Source: Zygophlyctis sp. KS116 (Eukaryota; Fungi; Chytridiomycota). Taken from it: a stretch of 7,695 nt of DNA. Of the stretch, positions 1 to 4,100 are shown piece by piece; position 1 is the stretch's first letter; each line of letters starts with the position of its first letter. The stretch is from NCBI GenBank assembly GCA_054661495.1, contig BAAFSQ010000402.1:1-7695 (forward strand), in the 5' to 3' direction. Made by a program: the position numbers and the translations under genes. The notes beneath the pieces were generated by a model. It was not told where the DNA came from. It did no database searches and saw only the letters and a program-made list of their open reading frames with translations.

Positions 1-9
1 TCGATACTT

Positions 10-32
10 CTATCATTAATAATATATAATAC
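10..32 (-). other. candidate 23-nt intron (Crypton gene, 3' part)
   Basis: GTATTATATATTATTAATGATAG; very AT-rich, with a TTAAT branch-like motif, same size class as the others. Confidence 0.5.
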
Positions 33-102
33 AGAGATTTGTTTAAAATATTTGTATATTGTTCGCTCATTTTTTAAGTTCTCAAAAAATCGCAAAACTT
101 TT

Positions 103-130
103 CTGGTGTGAACTGTGATTTAAATGTGAC
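103..130 (-). other. candidate 28-nt intron (Crypton gene, 3' part)
   Basis: GTCACATTTAAATCACAGTTCACACCAG; removal extends the frame (SAR|KVLRFFENLK). Weak donor and no strong motif to confirm it. Confidence 0.35.
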
Positions 131-192
131 CTAGCCGAATGAAACATTCGTTTTTCCTCGATCCAGTGAAAAAACGCGAGGAATTTCTGGGA

Positions 193-208
193 AGGTCATG
201 CATGACCT
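193..208. repeat. 16-bp perfect palindrome AGGTCATGCATGACCT
   Basis: Read directly; it contains the in-frame TGA of the Crypton frame. Confidence 0.9.
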
Positions 209-466
209 GTTGCGTGACGCACCGGATAAATGCAGTGGTTCGCGTAAGCCTCAATCCTAGACCCAGTCGACCATCCACCGTGCTTGTCCACGGAAGAAGC
301 ACTAACGCCTTTGTTTTCCAGACCTGCGGCACGTTTTCGCCCGGTTTGAGTGATGACAGATGTTGAAATATCAAGTTCTTGAAATTTTTCTTTTAGTTTT
401 TTGTGTTGCGTCGTGTATGTTAATTGTGACTTTTCTGTTTCCCCCTCAACGGCCCATACGTCGTAC

Positions 467-492
467 CTAGATATTGCATTTGATCTACATAC
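467..492 (-). other. 26-nt spliceosomal intron (Crypton gene)
   Basis: GTATGTAGATCAAATGCAATATCTAG; splits the Trp codon of the conserved FW|Y. Confidence 0.85.
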
Positions 493-594
493 CAGAAATT
501 TTTACTTGAAAAATCAGGAGTTCTCGAAGCGGTAAATCGTGCAAAAAAATAAAGCGCTATTGCTCCAAATGGACATTCTCTTATATCCTTGTGC

Positions 595-619
595 CTTTTA
601 TGAGTTTGCTGTATTATAC
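595..619 (-). other. 25-nt spliceosomal intron (Crypton gene)
   Basis: GTATAATACAGCAAACTCATAAAAG; splits the Arg codon of MLR|HKD. Confidence 0.85.
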
Positions 620-660
620 CTTAGCATTCCAGTTTCTTGGAGATTTCCAAATTGATTTTT

Positions 661-691
661 CTACAAATTATGATGTGAAATAAAAACTTTC
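661..691 (-). other. 31-nt intron with GA (GAAAGT) donor (Crypton gene)
   Basis: GAAAGTTTTTATTTCACATCATAATTTGTAG; this boundary restores KSK|KNQFG, whereas the nearby GT gives the wrong frame. GAAAGT is one change from GTAAGT. Confidence 0.7.
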
Positions 692-762
692 CTTGGACTT
701 TCTCCAAGCTGTCCGAAATAAATTTGCACCCTTAGGCCCTTCAGATGTAAAAAACTTAATGC

Positions 763-787
763 ATATCTCTGAGATAATAAAAAATAC
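763..787 (-). other. ~25-nt intron with damaged or ambiguous acceptor (Crypton gene)
   Basis: GTATTTTTTATTATCTCAGAGATAT ends in AT, not AG; removal gives SDIGIKFFTSEG with the expected D-x8-EG spacing. A canonical 19-nt alternative (769-787) also keeps the frame (SDIEICIKFFTSEG). Confidence 0.6.
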
Positions 788-878
788 CTATATCTGAGAT
801 GAATAAGTTTCTTAGTTGGTCTCCTCGGGTGCATACTCCATAGGACATCATGAAATCCGCGCGAAATTTTAATCCGTC

Positions 879-907
879 CTATTTATAAGCAAATACGCAC
901 ATATTAC
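879..907 (-). other. 29-nt spliceosomal intron (Crypton gene)
   Basis: GTAATATGTGCGTATTTGCTTATAAATAG; removal joins WNQNSE to DGLKFRADF...TRGD, the catalytic Arg box. Confidence 0.85.
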
Positions 908-1099
908 CTCACTATTTTGATTCCAATATGCATTACAAACGTCAATATAGGCTTCATCAGGAATTTCATCAATCATTGTGCCTTGGCCGCGGTCTTCTTG
1001 TGAATTCTTGTCTATTTCCATCATTTGCTTTTTTTTATTCTTGAGTAAATGCTTCACTAATTCTGGTCTGCATGGTGCTGGACCCTGAGAGCCTGAAAG

Positions 1100-1123
1100 C
1101 TACAATTAAAAACTATTATTTAC
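1100..1123 (-). other. 24-nt spliceosomal intron (Crypton gene)
   Basis: GTAAATAATAGTTTTTAATTGTAG; contains two in-frame stops; removal joins ORF 1106..1450 to ORF 869..1057. Confidence 0.85.
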
Positions 1124-1339
1124 CATGTGTAAACTTTTCCAATGATTAACAATTGCATTGGCATATTGTTCTAATAATCTGTATCCACATAATCTGACTT
1201 CTGGCGGTGGTGTTGGTGCAAGTAATTCAGCCACAGAATTAGAATTAAGTGAAGAAAGTGGCTGGATAAGCGAAGGAGGTGGTCCGTCTTCAATTTCGTT
1301 TCCTGCATCTACAGATTTTCTTTTCCTGCCCTTAGAATT

Positions 1340-1364
1340 CTTTTTTTTAGTGGAAGTTACATAC
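1340..1364 (-). other. 25-nt spliceosomal intron (Crypton gene)
   Basis: GTATGTAACTTCCACTAAAAAAAAG; removal joins VVEFM to NSKGRKRK in frame. The acceptor may be a deletion junction, because an expected WC...VT..KL segment is missing here. Confidence 0.6.
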
Positions 1365-1615
1365 CATAAATTCAACAACTTTCGGGTCATACGATTTTTT
1401 ATTGTTTTGCGCAGTATACTGCCGAGTTTGCATATGAGTAGCCATTGCATGCCTTTGCTCTTCCAATCTATTGTCAGCAGCTCGAATAAGCATGCCCTGC
1501 ACTAATACAGAAGCTGTTGGAGATGCCGAGTTTCCATTTTTTCAAAGTAGGCGCGAGACTTAAAATTCTCCTCAAGACCTAACGCTAAACTAAAATATTC
1601 AAAATAGAATTAAAG

Positions 1616-2190
1616 TTATTCGGGATATTTTTTAATTTGTATGTAGACCGGTTTGAAACCCGCGCACCTAAACGCGCGTTCACAGTTTGTTAAAATTGAG
1701 ACTGTTTCAAAAAATACCAATTCTCTTCTACTCTCATCTGATTCAGAGTTTATCGAGGGAGGAATAAATTTGGAATTTTTGAGTTGATAATTTGAAGATC
1801 CTAGTTTATCCATATACTTTTTAATAGACACAATAGTTTCTTCCAGTCCAACTTTGTCATGCAGAATGACTGTTCTAATCTCCTGTAATTGAAATTCTTC
1901 AGTAGTTTCCACTGCTTTTTATTTTTTTTGATTGTAAAATCCGGACACCTTTGTAATTCTTTAATTTGGAGTGGATCGGGATCTAGAGATATGCCTTTAA
2001 TTAATTCAGCACTCAAATTTTCACTTAGTAATTCATAGTAACCAGGAAGGTGTTCTATGTAGTAGTTTATTTTATTATTATTTTTTAAATTTCTTTTAAT
2101 AAAACCCGCTCGGTCCACTTGCCATCAGTTCCTGAGGCGTTCCCCTCGGGAGCGCAGAGGCTCAGCGTAGGTAATTAAGGTAGAATTATC
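1616..2190 (-). mobile_element. possible highly deleted Ty3/Gypsy pol remnant
   Basis: Short colinear resemblances only: YAEPLR...AGFIKR (RT start), INYYIEHLPGYYEL..ENL..EL.KG (RT thumb NYY..FIP), PDFT (RNase H start), HDKVGLEET...KKY (integrase zinc-binding region), DKLGSSNYQL (integrase C-terminus). One TGA and one frameshift in an A-run (~1915-1930). No YxDD or DDE core seen. Confidence 0.35.
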
Positions 2191-2283
2191 TCAACATTAT
2201 TTTCAGGGTAAGATAGAATCTGATCTTAAAATTGTTTGAAAAACGTTTCAAATGAATGGCTGATTATAATCTGCATAATAAAT

Positions 2284-2910
2284 TTAGTAACATTTCAGTG
2301 ATATATCGTAGAGTGAGATATAATGATGTTCCAATAATATCTCAGCCCAAAGAGAATAAACTAGAGAAATATGCATTGATAGGTTTCCAATTTTACGTTT
2401 TGTAATTTTCTGTGAAGTTACTGAATCTTGAGAGGCAAGGATCATTTGCTGTACAAGGAGCAATGCACCCGCTGTCGTGTCTAAATAAAAATAGCCATCA
2501 AAGGGTGCGCCGGGTGGATAAAATACACATGTTCCAATAGAGAGTTTGTTACTACAATCGGGTATGACAGCCTTTCAAAACTTGTCAATAACAGCTTGTG
2601 GAGGGAGAGAAACAGAAGTAGCTGTAGTTTCCTTTAATGAAAGACCAGTCTCATAGTCATAGAGATGAAACCAGATCAGAGGCTATGGGATTTTATTTAA
2701 AACGTCAGAGTAAAATTCATACTGTCAAGTTCTTTCTTATCAAGAGACGGAACAGGAACGATAAGAGCATCATCTTTATTGATTCCGAGATCATTTACAG
2801 GAGAATTGTCATCAAGTGGAACTCCCAAAAATAAGATTACATTTTCTACAGCAGCATCTCTCTTATTAAATGAGTGCATGTTCTGAAATACCAAGCTAAC
2901 TTGTTTTCAG
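2284..2910 (-). pseudogene. Crinkler (CRN)-like effector pseudogene: two ubiquitin-like header remnants plus a REase-like tail
   Basis: 2723-2897 LVFQNMHSFNKRDAAVE...PLDDNSPVNDLGINKDDALIVPVP matches the second half of the chytrid-type CRN header (LVYKN...FDKR...PL...LG...ALIVVVP). 2539-2682 LIWFHLYDYETGLSLKETTATSVSLPPQAVIDKF*KAV...SNKLS matches its first half (WF.L.D..TG...KGT.A.SV...D.FR.AV...NKLS), with TGA at 2575-2577. It then runs directly into FYPPGAPFDGYFYL...LLVQQM, resembling a PD-(D/E)xK-type D...QxK tail. Confidence 0.65.
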
Positions 2911-3363
2911 TGACTGTTTTATTAGATAGAGAAATAAATTACACTAAATTGATTTTTTTTTTCGACGCGCAAACATAACAGCAGCCCAAAAATAGAGATC
3001 CCTCATCATGATTAAATATGTTTCATATGTAAAATGAACAAATCAGATATGAGCCCATTTACTAACTGATGGAAGGATGAGTCTAGGGGCAAGGTTGATC
3101 CCACCTATGGTTAGTTTTGTGGTTAATTAATTAAGCCAAGGCGGAAAAATGGCAATAAATTTGGCTCTAAGTCTTTACTAAATAGGCCAGAAGTTTTGAA
3201 TTATTAAGTAAAATCTAATAAATTATATTTACAATACAATAATTTTTATGTAAATTCATTCCATGTGAGTGCTCAACTAACGAATTTGGCGGGGAATAGG
3301 GAATAGAGGGTTAAAATAATAGAATAAATGGCTCTCTAAAGAAGTTTTGACAACGGGATAGCC

Positions 3364-3370
3364 TATATAA
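3364..3370 (+). promoter_or_regulatory. TATA-like box
   Basis: TATATAA in CCTATATAAGG, just upstream of a GC-richer structured segment and ~330 nt before ATG 3702. Motif match only, in AT-rich DNA. Confidence 0.25.
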
Positions 3371-3473
3371 GGTGCTATACTAAGCTGGCGGCTTTAGGTG
3401 GCTAGCGGCTGGAAGCCTCTGCGCGATAAATGTATTATATAATTGTTTCTTTAGCTTTGTCTTCGAACTGGAT

Positions 3474-3543
3474 CCCAGAAAGAGAAAAATGAACGCAATT
3501 CGGTTAGCATTCTTTCTCTCGCTGGGTAAAAGGGGGCCCTTTT
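3474..3543 (+). other. long imperfect hairpin plus adjacent short hairpin
   Basis: CCCAG(3474-78)/CTGGG(3522-26), AGAGAAA(3481-87)/TTTCTCT(3513-19), AATG/CATT, AAC/GTT; then AAAAGGG(3528-34)/CCCTTTT(3537-43). Confidence 0.55.
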
Positions 3544-3603
3544 CAGTTCTTTGTCGTCTATATGTACCATACTTCCAGTATGTCCAAGAACTAATTGTTT
3601 GTC

Positions 3604-3639
3604 TTTTTGTTGTTTTTAATTTTTTTGTTGTTTTTAATT
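3604..3639. repeat. perfect 18-bp tandem duplication in a T-rich tract
   Basis: TTTTTGTTGTTTTTAATT at 3604-3621 and 3622-3639. Confidence 0.85.
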
Positions 3640-3701
3640 ATTTATTTTTTTTACATTTTTTTCGCGTTTCGTGTGATAGGTAAGTTACTTACTATAGGTA
3701 C

Positions 3702-4100
3702 ATGAATACGGTGAAAGAAAAAACAGTAATAGGTTCCAATATTTGCCCTCTTTGCGGCCAGCAAAGTCTGCCTGATGAGCCACATATGGACTCAACACGT
3801 CAAACGTGATTTCGAAAAAGAGTTAACACAGCTTAAACATCAAGGGATAAAACTGTCGGAGATGAGCTCAGAGGAATTTGTATCTTCCATCCACTCTTGT
3901 TTCAAATCAGATAGTGCAGTGAAGTTTCTCCAACTGATTGTAGCTGATGATGCGTATTTTTGCTACTAACCCACACTTCCAGGAAGATAATCCTTTTAAA
4001 TTAAATGGTGTTGGGGATTCAACAAGAATGTAGTCAAATTGAAGCGTCAAGAGTCTTTTAAGAAATCTCCAAGTCAAAAGGAGCAAGTGACTACATTTGA
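3702..4100 (+). pseudogene. C2H2/BED-like zinc-finger coding fragment (N-terminus of the CRE ORF, or a separate hAT-like transposase remnant)
   Basis: ATG 3702 MNTVKEKTVIGSNICPLCGQ, a frameshift, then KVCLMSHIWTQHVKRDF gives CxxC...HxxxxH. It continues to FLQLIVADDA, then a mini-intron candidate and stops. Confidence 0.5.
3954..3982 (+). other. candidate 29-nt intron with perfect TACTAAC branch point
   Basis: GTATTTTTGCTACTAACCCACACTTCCAG; TACTAAC at 3964-3970; sits exactly where ORF 3775..3969 stops. Confidence 0.65.

Larger units (their letters stand above)
1..1537 (-). pseudogene. Crypton (CryptonF / Ndc10-Gcr1-related) tyrosine recombinase gene, multi-intron, degenerate; runs off the left window edge
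   Basis: Manual splicing gives ...NNKKSYDPKVVEFM|NSKGRKRK...QYANAIVNHWKSLHM|LSGSQGPAPCRPELVKHLL...EDRGQGTMIDE...YWNQNSE|DGLKFRADFMMSYGVCTRGDQLRNLFISDI(G)IKFFTSEGPKGANLFRTAWRKSK|KNQFGNLQETGMLR|HKDIRECPFGAIALYFFARF...PDFSSKNFW|YDVW...VITQTGRKRAAGLENKGVSASSVDKHGGWSTGSRIEAY...FFHWIEE. This follows fungal Crypton motif order (DRGxGT at 977-994; RG; EG; KxN; RHxDxxxCPxGAxAxY; WY; THxGR; GxW; Y). Catalytic positions: R 825-827, K 692-694, H->Q 346-348, R 337-339, W 271-273, Y 244-246. In-frame TGA at 196-198. Start uncertain (ATG at 1493, or 1537 with a frameshift). Confidence 0.85.

Noticed and set aside
120-374. ORFs 120..374 (-) and 139..366 (+), and an apparent structured RNA (RNase P-like GGGAAGGTC, several hairpins)
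   Set aside because: The region is explained by the Crypton catalytic exon in a different minus-strand frame; the other RNase P conserved regions were not found.
591-600. U5 snRNA loop-like GCCTTTTA
   Set aside because: It is the antisense of an intron acceptor/exon junction; no U5 stem or Sm site.
817-870. HDV-ribozyme-like CTCCTCG
   Set aside because: P1/P2/P3 pairings cannot be built; it is the antisense of the TRGD codons.
1158-1505. 115-aa plus-strand ORF
   Set aside because: Antisense shadow of the Crypton exons.
2637-2834. 65-aa plus-strand ORF
   Set aside because: Antisense to the CRN-like header.
2885-2925. KTVTENKLAWYF as the missing Crypton VT..KL exon
   Set aside because: Wrong position (1.4 kb upstream of the gene) and equally explained as the CRN header NKL motif at a deletion junction.
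2152-3424. 11-bp inverted match GCGCAGAGGCT (2152-2162) / AGCCTCTGCGC (3414-3424) as terminal inverted repeats
   Set aside because: 11-mer matches are expected by chance in 7.7 kb; it does not extend and has no target duplication.
3388-3478. tRNA gene (A/B-box-like motifs)
   Set aside because: No acceptor, anticodon or T stems can be formed; kept only as part of the structured-region finding.
3489-3683. 64-aa Phe/Val-rich ORF
   Set aside because: By-product of the T-rich low-complexity tract.
3772-3817. Hammerhead ribozyme (CTGATGA...CGAAA)
   Set aside because: Stem II does not close onto GAAA, no stems I/III were found, and the sequence encodes the zinc-finger histidines.
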